Shown here piece by piece: positions 1 through 7,639 of a DNA stretch of 64,000 bases. Positions within the stretch are counted from its first letter, which is position 1. Each line of letters opens with the position of its first letter. Made by a program: the position numbers and the translations under genes. Under the pieces are notes generated by a model. That model had not been told where the DNA came from. It worked only from the letters and a program-made list of their open reading frames with translations, and ran no database searches. The DNA is from Promethearchaeota archaeon (GTDB taxonomy: Archaea > Asgardarchaeota > Lokiarchaeia > Sigyniarchaeales > SOKP01): the NCBI GenBank assembly GCA_048939995.1, contig JBHLOY010000003.1, forward strand, positions 1 to 64,000, given 5' to 3'.

Positions 1-228
1 TTTGACGAAGAAAAGAATTTAGAATATCTATTTAATTTATCAATTGATCCTTTAGAAAAAAATAATCTAATTAATAAAAGTCAAAAAGAACTAACAGAAT
101 TTAGAGAGTTACGAGATTATCATTTATTAAATGTTAAAGATTCAGAAGAGAAACTTAAAATCTTAAGATCAGTTAGTAATCTTAATTTGAGTAAAAATGA
201 AATGATACATAATAAAAAAAGGAAGTGA
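1..228 (+). CDS. 3' end of a sulfatase / alkaline-phosphatase-superfamily protein (truncated by window edge)
   Basis: Frame 1 is open from base 1 to TGA 226-228. It translates to ...EYLFNLSIDPLEKNNLI..., matching the C-terminal 'LF(N/D)LxxDPxExxNL' motif of sulfatases. Confidence 0.7.
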   Translation, partial: FDEEKNLEYLFNLSIDPLEKNNLINKSQKELTEFRELRDYHLLNVKDSEEKLKILRSVSNLNLSKNEMIHNKKRK

Positions 229-237
229 GGAATTTCC

Positions 238-1542
238 ATAAGAAACATAATTATCGGAATTGATGGAGGATCGTTTGACTATATTAGGTTTGGCATTAAA
301 AAGGGACTTCTACCAACTTTCAAAAAAATACTTAACGATGGATTCTATTCTAATTTACAAGTTACTATACCACCTGTAACAATTCCTTCCTTTCCTTGCC
401 TTTTTTCTGGTTTAGAAGTCACTGATTTAGGATATTGTACTTTTTATGATCCTACATTTGGGGTTTTTTCTTCTAATTTATGGAAGGAAAAAAGCATCTT
501 TAATTTTGATAATATTCGTATCTTTTGTTTAAATCTACCATCAACCTATCCTGCTTGGGAAATAAACGGAGAGATGATAACAGGTTTATTAACCCCTTTT
601 ATTAACGATAAGATGTATTATCCTAAAAATTTATCTGATATTATAAAGCAGAACTGGATAATTGATGGCTCCAATATTTATGAGATATTTAAAGCTTTTA
701 ATATCAAATCAAGTATCCTTTTAAGTAAGTTAGGAGAAAATTTTGATTTATTGATCTATATTATTAGAATTCCAGATTGTATAACCCATCATCCAAAATA
801 TAAACTAAAGATCACCGAAGAATTAATTAAATATGGATACTCAAAAATTGATAATTTTTTAGCAAAGATATTAAATTCAAAAGAATTTGATAATTTATTT
901 ATAATTAGTGATCATGGATTAGAAATTTACCACTATGAATTTAATATTAAACGTTTCTTAGAAAAGAAGAAAATCCTCTTTTATAATAATGATATCATTT
1001 CCAAATTTATGAGTATATTCATCAAAATTTTTGGAATTTTTAATAGAGGCATTTTTGATACAACTTACTTTCATAATGAGTTTAAAAGAGTAATAGATCC
1101 CATAAGGAAAATATTTATTAAGAGTTCAGAAGCGAATAACACATTGCAAAACACTCGCTTTGTACATTTTTATTCTAATTTTGGAGGAATCTATTTAAAT
1201 AAGAAAGATAAAGTCTCCATAGATAAGATCAAGGTGGTTCTGCAAAATTGTAAATATGTCAAAAAAATACTTCAATTTAACCGAAGTACGTTACCAGACT
1301 TAATAATCATTTTAAAAGAAAAATATCTTTTCAGTGTAAAAAGTTCATTCTTTGTGAGAAATCGGTTTAATTCTTTTAATCATTCTGAAAATGGAATTTT
1401 TATTGCCTATGGGAAAAATATTCAAAAAGGGAGAGATATAATTGTTTCATATAAAGATTTTGCCCCAACACTCTTAAAACTCCATAACATTAAGACACCA
1501 AATCATATGAAAGGCAAAGTTCTTAGCATCTTCAAAAGCTAA
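238..1542 (+). CDS. Type I phosphodiesterase / nucleotide pyrophosphatase (AlkP superfamily); true start is upstream of the ORF-track ATG 574, probably ATA 238
   Basis: The frame is open from 229 and encodes the family N-terminus IIIGIDGG...GLLPTF...VTIPPVTIPS. It also has ISDHG, the C-terminal H (FNHSENG) and DFAPTLL. GAGG lies 7 nt before ATA 238. Confidence 0.8.
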   Translation: MRNIIIGIDGGSFDYIRFGIKKGLLPTFKKILNDGFYSNLQVTIPPVTIPSFPCLFSGLEVTDLGYCTFYDPTFGVFSSNLWKEKSIFNFDNIRIFCLNLPSTYPAWEINGEMITGLLTPFINDKMYYPKNLSDIIKQNWIIDGSNIYEIFKAFNIKSSILLSKLGENFDLLIYIIRIPDCITHHPKYKLKITEELIKYGYSKIDNFLAKILNSKEFDNLFIISDHGLEIYHYEFNIKRFLEKKKILFYNNDIISKFMSIFIKIFGIFNRGIFDTTYFHNEFKRVIDPIRKIFIKSSEANNTLQNTRFVHFYSNFGGIYLNKKDKVSIDKIKVVLQNCKYVKKILQFNRSTLPDLIIILKEKYLFSVKSSFFVRNRFNSFNHSENGIFIAYGKNIQKGRDIIVSYKDFAPTLLKLHNIKTPNHMKGKVLSIFKS

Positions 1543-1548
1543 ATAAAC

Positions 1549-2724
1549 TTATATTTTAGTAATCTTTTCAATCCAGTCTCTAAAAAGGTTAATTTCAATT
1601 TCAGTAGAATAGTTATTAAAGATAAATTTCTGGGCAAGATTCTGTAAATGCTTAAATTTCGTATTATCACTTTTCCATAGTTTGTAGACTTCCAAGATTT
1701 TTCCGCTTATTTCTTCTGAATTTAATTTATTAATAAAAAATGCAAATTCCTTATTTTTAAGTAATTCAAGAGATCCAATAGTTTTACTACAAATAATCAC
1801 TAATTTTGCAGCTAAAGCTTCCATTAAGACTCTTGGAAATGGTTCTCTTCTTGAAGAAAAAAGAAAAACATCACTTTTTTTGTAGTAATAATGGATTTTA
1901 TCATAATTAATATAACCATTAAATTTTACATATTGAGGATATTTTGTCTCTAATGCTTTAACTTCAGAATCTAAGGGACCCATTCCGCAAAATTCAAAGA
2001 TAATATCATCAGGTTGATTCTTTTGAATAAATTTTTCAATTCCTCTCAATAAAACTTTAATTCCTTTATGAATGTCGTCCAAATATCCAATATATACAAA
2101 TTTTAATAGTTCAGAAGGATTCTTATTAAATTCGATCTCTGAATAATCTTTCAATTCTATTCCATGAGTTATATGAAAGACTTTTTGGGGATTATAGAAT
2201 TTATCTAAAAACATTTTTCCATGATCTGATAATGCATGGTGATAAATTCGTTTTTTAAAAAGAGAATAAAGCAAGATAGTTAGGCGATATCTGATATTGT
2301 ATATTGAAAATAATTTATTTGAATGCAAAGGTCTCCTATATCCTATAATAAATTTTGCTCTACGGTTAATTATACTTAAAATCATAAACATAGAACTAAT
2401 TTTAAAATTCGAAACTGAAGTATAAATAATATCACAATCTCTTGTTAATCTAATCAGTTTTATAAACTCCCAGGGGTAAATTATATCAAAATATTTATTC
2501 CCTATACTAGCAGTTGCAAAATTCAAGCGGTATATCTTTTTAATATCTTTCAATTTTTTCATAATAATTTTTCTGGATAACAATTTATTTCCAGAAAGCC
2601 GATTAGTATCAGAAAAGATTACATTATAGTATTTACTTAATCCAGTTGCCAATTCCATAGAAGATATTTCTCCGCCTCTTCCATTTTCTAATGCTAAAGG
2701 AGATAGAATGAAGATTTTTTTCAT
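1549..2724 (-). CDS. GT4-family (GT-B) glycosyltransferase
   Basis: N-terminal GGE, HKG, and the C-terminal EPFPRVLMEALA (E-x7-E) motif. Confidence 0.9.
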   Translation of the reverse strand: MKKIFILSPLALENGRGGEISSMELATGLSKYYNVIFSDTNRLSGNKLLSRKIIMKKLKDIKKIYRLNFATASIGNKYFDIIYPWEFIKLIRLTRDCDIIYTSVSNFKISSMFMILSIINRRAKFIIGYRRPLHSNKLFSIYNIRYRLTILLYSLFKKRIYHHALSDHGKMFLDKFYNPQKVFHITHGIELKDYSEIEFNKNPSELLKFVYIGYLDDIHKGIKVLLRGIEKFIQKNQPDDIIFEFCGMGPLDSEVKALETKYPQYVKFNGYINYDKIHYYYKKSDVFLFSSRREPFPRVLMEALAAKLVIICSKTIGSLELLKNKEFAFFINKLNSEEISGKILEVYKLWKSDNTKFKHLQNLAQKFIFNNYSTEIEINLFRDWIEKITKI

Positions 2725-2843
2725 ATACTTTCAAATCTTAATATACTTGTTGTGAATAAAAATCATTAAAAATAAATAAAATTGATTAGTCAATATAAAA
2801 ACTTACGTAAAACTTAGAGTAGAGAAAAAATAATGATAAAAAA

Positions 2844-3572
2844 TTATAAATTCAATACTCTTTTCTGAATTTTAATTAATTCTGAGATTCCCATTTCCCC
2901 TATATCCAAGACTTCTTTGAGTTTTTTTCTATTAAAAGTGGCACCCTCTGCTGTTCCTTGAATTTCTATAATTTCTGAATCTTCATTTTGTACTAAATTA
3001 AAATCTACATCTGCTTTTGAATCTTCTTTATAGTCTAGGTCTAAAAAAATCTTATCATCCTTTATACCCAAGGATATTCCTGCTGTAACCTTGTAAGACG
3101 GAAAATCATAAATTAAATGTTCATTATAAAGATAATTAATGGCATCAAACACTGCAACAAAAGCTCCAGTTATAGAAGCGCATCTTGTTCCGCCATCAGC
3201 TTGAATAACATCACAATCAACTTGAATAGTTCGTTCACCAATCTTTTCACAATCAAATGCTGCTCTCATTGATCTTCCGATTAATCGCTGTATTTCGTGA
3301 GTTCTGCCTTTAATTCTTAATCTATCTCTTTCTCGGCTATTTCTTACTTGTGTTGCTCTTGGTAACATATTATATTCAGCTGTGATCCACCCGGTTCCTG
3401 AATCTGCTAAAAATCGTGGAACAAAATCTAAAACAGAGGCAGTTATTATCACTTTTGTACTACCCTGAGTAATCAACACAGATCCTTCCGGATATTTAAG
3501 ATAATTGCGTTCAATAGTTGTCTTACGTATTTCATTAAAAGCACGACCATCATTTCTCGCGTTATTAAGCAT
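2844..3572 (-). CDS. rph: Ribonuclease PH (bacterial type)
   Basis: GWITAEYNMLPRAT, GRTHEIQRLIGRS, DCDVIQADGGTRCASITG, DLDYKEDSKADVD and EIQGTAEG, all characteristic of bacterial RNase PH. Confidence 0.93.
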   Translation of the reverse strand: MLNNARNDGRAFNEIRKTTIERNYLKYPEGSVLITQGSTKVIITASVLDFVPRFLADSGTGWITAEYNMLPRATQVRNSRERDRLRIKGRTHEIQRLIGRSMRAAFDCEKIGERTIQVDCDVIQADGGTRCASITGAFVAVFDAINYLYNEHLIYDFPSYKVTAGISLGIKDDKIFLDLDYKEDSKADVDFNLVQNEDSEIIEIQGTAEGATFNRKKLKEVLDIGEMGISELIKIQKRVLNL

Positions 3573-3708
3573 GCAAACCTAACCAGAATTTAGTGAATTA
3601 CATTTTCTGTACTTAAAAAATGAGTTTTAAATACATTTAATTTAAAATTATATAATTAATAACCTTTTAAAAACCTAAATAATACTTTGACAGATTTATG
3701 AAAATTTT

Positions 3709-4047
3709 TCAGTTTTTTGTGGTTTTCTTTCTCTTTAATTCTGAGTAATAATTTTTGCTATTCTTAGCAATTGAATCTTGTAACTCTCTACTAGCATTTA
3801 TTATTTCTTTCCATATAGCTTGAATATTCTTCTTCATATAGACTGTTGATTTAAGTCCAATTCTTTCGATTAATTCATTTTCTCTTTTAGGTTGTTTAAT
3901 TTTCAAATTGTGCTCTTTTTTAATCTTACCAATTTCAAATGCAATTTCACCCCTCTTGTTTAATAGTTCCGCAATTCTATCATCAATATTATCGATATCT
4001 TTCCTAAGCTTCTCTATTTTATTGTGATGATCGTTTATTTCAACCAA
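3709..4047 (-). CDS. Chorismate mutase, AroQ / type II, stand-alone
   Basis: LRKDIDNIDDRIAELLNKR...IGKIK...RE...SRELQ. TTG start preceded by GAGGTA, 15 nt after the pheT stop. Confidence 0.88.
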   Translation of the reverse strand: MVEINDHHNKIEKLRKDIDNIDDRIAELLNKRGEIAFEIGKIKKEHNLKIKQPKRENELIERIGLKSTVYMKKNIQAIWKEIINASRELQDSIAKNSKNYYSELKRKKTTKN

Positions 4048-4062
4048 ATGAATTACCTCTAA

Positions 4063-5742
4063 TTAATCAAAAAAATGTTTTAGTTCTAATTCTAAAGCGG
4101 CAACTGGAAATTCTAATTTAAAATTACTTAAAACTTCAGGATGGATTTCTCCAACTTCTCCAATCTTAACTCCATTTAAGTAAATGTCTCCATATCTACC
4201 TTTAATGTAACTGGTATTATCACCGGGTTTTACCTCATAATCTGAATCATGACCGAGTGTTGTCATTAAATAATCTAAAGTTGAGCGTATTTCTGTAAAA
4301 TCTGCATCTTCATGGTAAGTTGTTATAGCAAGATGAATTTCTCTCTTTGCACCTGTTTCAGCTTTAGGCTCTAATAAGATTACATCTCCCACTTCAAAAA
4401 TTCTAATCGGCTTTTCTTCAGATCTATTAAATAGTAATGTTTCCATTAACTTCGGGAGAATTCTTGTTCTTAGGGTATTATATTCTTTTGAAACCGGATT
4501 CTCAATCTGTGTTATCTCTCTTTCGGCAATCTCTTGATTCATAAATATAAATTGTTTTTCAGAACTTGCCAGAAGGAAATTTAAGACTTCCAAATAACCC
4601 GCTCCAATCATAATTCTTCGAATTTTATTTGCAAAGTCTTGTATAGGGTGATATTTTCCGATACCTCCTTCTCTTATAGTAAGTGGCAATTTGAAGTATC
4701 CATAACCCATTGCACATTCTTCAGTGAAATCTATTGGGTGAATAATATCTCCTCTATAGGCTGGTACAAAAACATCTAAATAACCCTTTTTTTTTGATTG
4801 TAAAGCATCCATTCTAACCTTTTGAAAACTTTTAATCATTTTTGTTGGAGATAATTTCAAACCTATAACACTATTGATATAATCTATATTTACTTCCCAT
4901 TTAGTCGGTTCCAAGTTAGGGGTGATAATTTCTTGTTCTCCTTCATAATTTACTTTAACACTTTCTACTGTGGCTCCCATATCTGCTAATGTAGTTGATA
5001 AAATATTTAATGCAAGATTTATTGCCTTAAAGTCAGTTCCAGTTAGATCTAAAAATAAATTTTTTGTTTCATCTGTAACTGTAGTTAATACTCCATTTAT
5101 AACTGGAGGAAATGAGAGCACTTCATTATTTTTATCAAATATAACTGGATAGACATCTTTTCCCTCTAAGATATGGGCATATTCTATCCCTTTTTCATGT
5201 AATAATAAAATTTCCTCTAGATTCATTGGATATCCATCTCCATGTAATGGTTCAAAACTTACTGAATCAGGCTTTACAGCGGTATACCTATAAGGAGGCA
5301 CAACCTTATCCAAATCATGGACACCTATCGCTACTTTTTTTCGGTCTCGTCCAACAGCCCAATGCAATTGTTCTTGAATATTCATTAATGTCGCAACCTC
5401 GTCTTCATCCAAATCAATGTTTCGAATAACACCACATACTATATATGGTCTAACCTTCTTTACACTCGGATCGACGTTCAAAATAATATTTCCTCGGGTA
5501 ATTTCAAACTTAGGTAAACCTAATTCAAGTTCATAATAACCCTTGAGAGTTCGGGCAATACCTTCAGGACTGGAAAAATCTGGTCTATTAGGGTTATATT
5601 CCACTTTAATTTTTCCTTCTTGCTCATCAAGACCCTCTACATCTAAACTTATCCATTGCAAGTCATATTCTAAATTTTTCAAATCTAATTGCTTTCCAAC
5701 TAATCTTTCTAATCTTTCAATTTTTAATTCAATAGTAGGAAT
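4063..5742 (-). CDS. pheT: Phenylalanine--tRNA ligase beta subunit (archaeal/eukaryotic type); start extended to ATT 5742
   Basis: NRPD, QEQLH...GRDRKKVAIGVHD, SFPPVING, PAYRGDIIHPID and GEIHPEVL. The frame extends to ATT-CCT-ACT-ATT-GAA ((M)PTIE, the usual archaeal PheT N-terminus) 6 nt after a GAGGTGA SD. Confidence 0.93.
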   Translation of the reverse strand: MPTIELKIERLERLVGKQLDLKNLEYDLQWISLDVEGLDEQEGKIKVEYNPNRPDFSSPEGIARTLKGYYELELGLPKFEITRGNIILNVDPSVKKVRPYIVCGVIRNIDLDEDEVATLMNIQEQLHWAVGRDRKKVAIGVHDLDKVVPPYRYTAVKPDSVSFEPLHGDGYPMNLEEILLLHEKGIEYAHILEGKDVYPVIFDKNNEVLSFPPVINGVLTTVTDETKNLFLDLTGTDFKAINLALNILSTTLADMGATVESVKVNYEGEQEIITPNLEPTKWEVNIDYINSVIGLKLSPTKMIKSFQKVRMDALQSKKKGYLDVFVPAYRGDIIHPIDFTEECAMGYGYFKLPLTIREGGIGKYHPIQDFANKIRRIMIGAGYLEVLNFLLASSEKQFIFMNQEIAEREITQIENPVSKEYNTLRTRILPKLMETLLFNRSEEKPIRIFEVGDVILLEPKAETGAKREIHLAITTYHEDADFTEIRSTLDYLMTTLGHDSDYEVKPGDNTSYIKGRYGDIYLNGVKIGEVGEIHPEVLSNFKLEFPVAALELELKHFFD

Positions 5743-5748
5743 TTTTAA

Positions 5749-5755
5749 TCACCTC
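5749..5755 (-). promoter_or_regulatory. Shine-Dalgarno GAGGTGA overlapping the pheS stop codon (pheS-pheT translational coupling)
   Basis: Minus strand reads AAG-TGA-GGTGA-TTAAAA-ATT-CCT. Confidence 0.75.
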
Positions 5756-7295
5756 ACTTATAATAAGGTTGTTGTCTTAACCATTTTATGGGATTAATAT
5801 AAAAATCTCTTATATCACTCCTTTCATAATAAGGCATCGCGATTCTTTCCAATCCCTGACCCCATGCTAAAACTCGTGTTGGCTCTCGAATTCCCCATGG
5901 ATAAGTCACTTCAGGCCTAAATATTCCAGATCCACCCATCTCTAACCACTCACCTAATTTATCATAAAATACTGAAACTTGCATGCTAGGTTCAGTATAT
6001 GGAAAAAATGCGGGTTTAGTAACAATTTTCTTAAATCCTAATTTTTTATAGAATTCTGAGAGTAATCCAATCAAATCGCATAGTGTTAGATTGTTGTCAA
6101 TTACAATTCCTTCTACTTGGGTAAATTCTGCTAAATGTGATTTATCTACTCTTTCATTTCGAAATACCCTATCAACACAGAATACTTTTACTGGAACTTC
6201 TTCCTGATCTCGATAAAATTGAGCTAATCTTCTCATAGTTGTAGCAGTTGTGTGCGGTCTTAATAAAGTTTTTTTAGCAATATTCTCATCCCATTCGTAG
6301 CCCCATCCTAATGAGCCACTATCTCCTCCGTTCTCATGAGTTGCTTTAATTGCTAATACTCTATCCTTTTCAGGGAGTTTTGCTACTTTTGGATTACTTA
6401 GATAAAATGTATCTTGCAATTCACGCGCGGGGTGGTCTTGAGGTTGAAATAAAGCATCAAAATTATAAAATGCACTTTCAATAATTGGTCCTCTTATCTC
6501 TGTAAATCCCATCGATAAAAATACATCCCTAATTTCGTTAACTAAGTTAATTAAAGGATGTATCTTTCCTGCCTTTAACATAGGTCCCGGTTTAGTGACA
6601 TCAAATGGCTTTATCTCATATTTATTCCAGGTTTTGTTAGCAATCATGTTATGAGTAATTTTGCTGACCTGTTTTAATTCTTTAATTTTAGAAATAGGCA
6701 ACTTTTTACCTTTTTCAGTTAAAAATAATATTCTCTGGGTTTTTCTTGTCTTGTCTATAATTTTTCTTTTGTTTAAAATATCAAGTTGTTGTAAATCTGT
6801 CTTAGATAATGAGTTATAATCCATAATCGGAGCTTTTTCAAATTTTTTCAAAAAAGTCTCTAATTTTGTTTTTGGATATTGATCTGTAATAAGATACACT
6901 TTATTTTCCCCAGTTGCTTTACTCTCTGCAATCCATTTATTTTTCTTCATATTTGAGAGTCCAATATAGAAAAGATTCTTATCGAATTTGGATTCCTTTA
7001 AAAACTCATTTATAGATATTTCTTTAATATCATTTTTGATCAATAATTGTAGAAGTTCTCTTTCAGGTAATCCTTCTTTTAAATATTTTTTCCCTTCTTC
7101 ATTTAATGATATTTTATTTATCTCTTTCTCCTTAAAGCCACCAAGATTATGTTCAATTAAATCATTTATCGCAGACATTAGTACGATATAGTCAAGATTT
7201 AATTCTTTTGCTAAATCTTCTACAATAAGATTTTCTTCTCTTTCTTTTAGAATCTTAAAAATAGATATTACTTGTTTCCTAAGTTTGATTGACAT
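5754..7295 (-). CDS. pheS: Phenylalanine--tRNA ligase alpha subunit (long archaeal/eukaryotic type)
   Basis: NFDALFQPQDHPARELQDTFY, LRPHTT, FRNE, EFTQVEG, FFPYTEPS, GSGIFRPE and WGQGLERIAM. Confidence 0.97.
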   Translation of the reverse strand: MSIKLRKQVISIFKILKEREENLIVEDLAKELNLDYIVLMSAINDLIEHNLGGFKEKEINKISLNEEGKKYLKEGLPERELLQLLIKNDIKEISINEFLKESKFDKNLFYIGLSNMKKNKWIAESKATGENKVYLITDQYPKTKLETFLKKFEKAPIMDYNSLSKTDLQQLDILNKRKIIDKTRKTQRILFLTEKGKKLPISKIKELKQVSKITHNMIANKTWNKYEIKPFDVTKPGPMLKAGKIHPLINLVNEIRDVFLSMGFTEIRGPIIESAFYNFDALFQPQDHPARELQDTFYLSNPKVAKLPEKDRVLAIKATHENGGDSGSLGWGYEWDENIAKKTLLRPHTTATTMRRLAQFYRDQEEVPVKVFCVDRVFRNERVDKSHLAEFTQVEGIVIDNNLTLCDLIGLLSEFYKKLGFKKIVTKPAFFPYTEPSMQVSVFYDKLGEWLEMGGSGIFRPEVTYPWGIREPTRVLAWGQGLERIAMPYYERSDIRDFYINPIKWLRQQPYYK

Positions 7296-7417
7296 CTCAT
7301 TACATCTAAATATTTTTACTTTTTAATATATACTTTCTAAATTTTTAATCTATTTAAATCTTACGCGTAAATATTAGCCTAAAATAACTCTACCTTGAAT
7401 TAGAACAGCGTTATATA

Positions 7418-7512
7418 CCCTAAGGGAGAAATAAATTAAACATAATTAACCATTATAAATTTATTCCGCAGCCAAGGGAAAAATTAAATGTGAGTGTTTT
7501 ATTCCCTTGGCA
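7418..7512 (-). promoter_or_regulatory. Alternative RNA stems in the pheS leader (candidate attenuator structures)
   Basis: Perfect 10-bp stem GCCAAGGGAA (7511-7502) / TTCCCTTGGC (7480-7471). Second stem GGAATAAATT (7467-7458) / AATTTATTTC (7437-7428). The first arm is also complementary to TCCCTTAGG (7427-7419). Confidence 0.55.
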
Positions 7513-7582
7513 AAATAAAGAATTGAAAGAAAAACAAACGTTGCGTGAGACTAGATTTGAAATAAGTATTTATGCTATTCAA
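7499..7582 (-). CDS. Putative Phe-rich leader peptide, 27 aa: MNSINTYFKSSLTQRLFFFQFFILPRE (PheL/PheM-like)
   Basis: TTG at 7582 with SD-like GAGATG 8 nt upstream, codons TTT TTC TTT CAA TTC TTT at 7534-7517, and TAA at 7501-7499. Same strand as pheS and 204 nt upstream of it. Confidence 0.55.
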   Translation of the reverse strand: MNSINTYFKSSLTQRLFFFQFFILPRE

Positions 7583-7639
7583 TTTAATAACATCTCAGGC
7601 AATAATATAATTCTAGATATACAGAAGACCTAAAAAATT

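Noticed and set aside
226-228. In-frame TGA between two AlkP-superfamily ORFs as a selenocysteine or read-through codon
   Set aside because: It lies in a Lys-rich tail rather than at a catalytic Cys position, and I recognised no SECIS-like element. An SD plus ATA start explains the layout more simply.
7400-7430. T-box riboswitch upstream of pheS
   Set aside because: TTAGGGTATATAACGC only vaguely recalls the T-box. The UGGNACC bulge, the stem I motifs and a terminator are missing.
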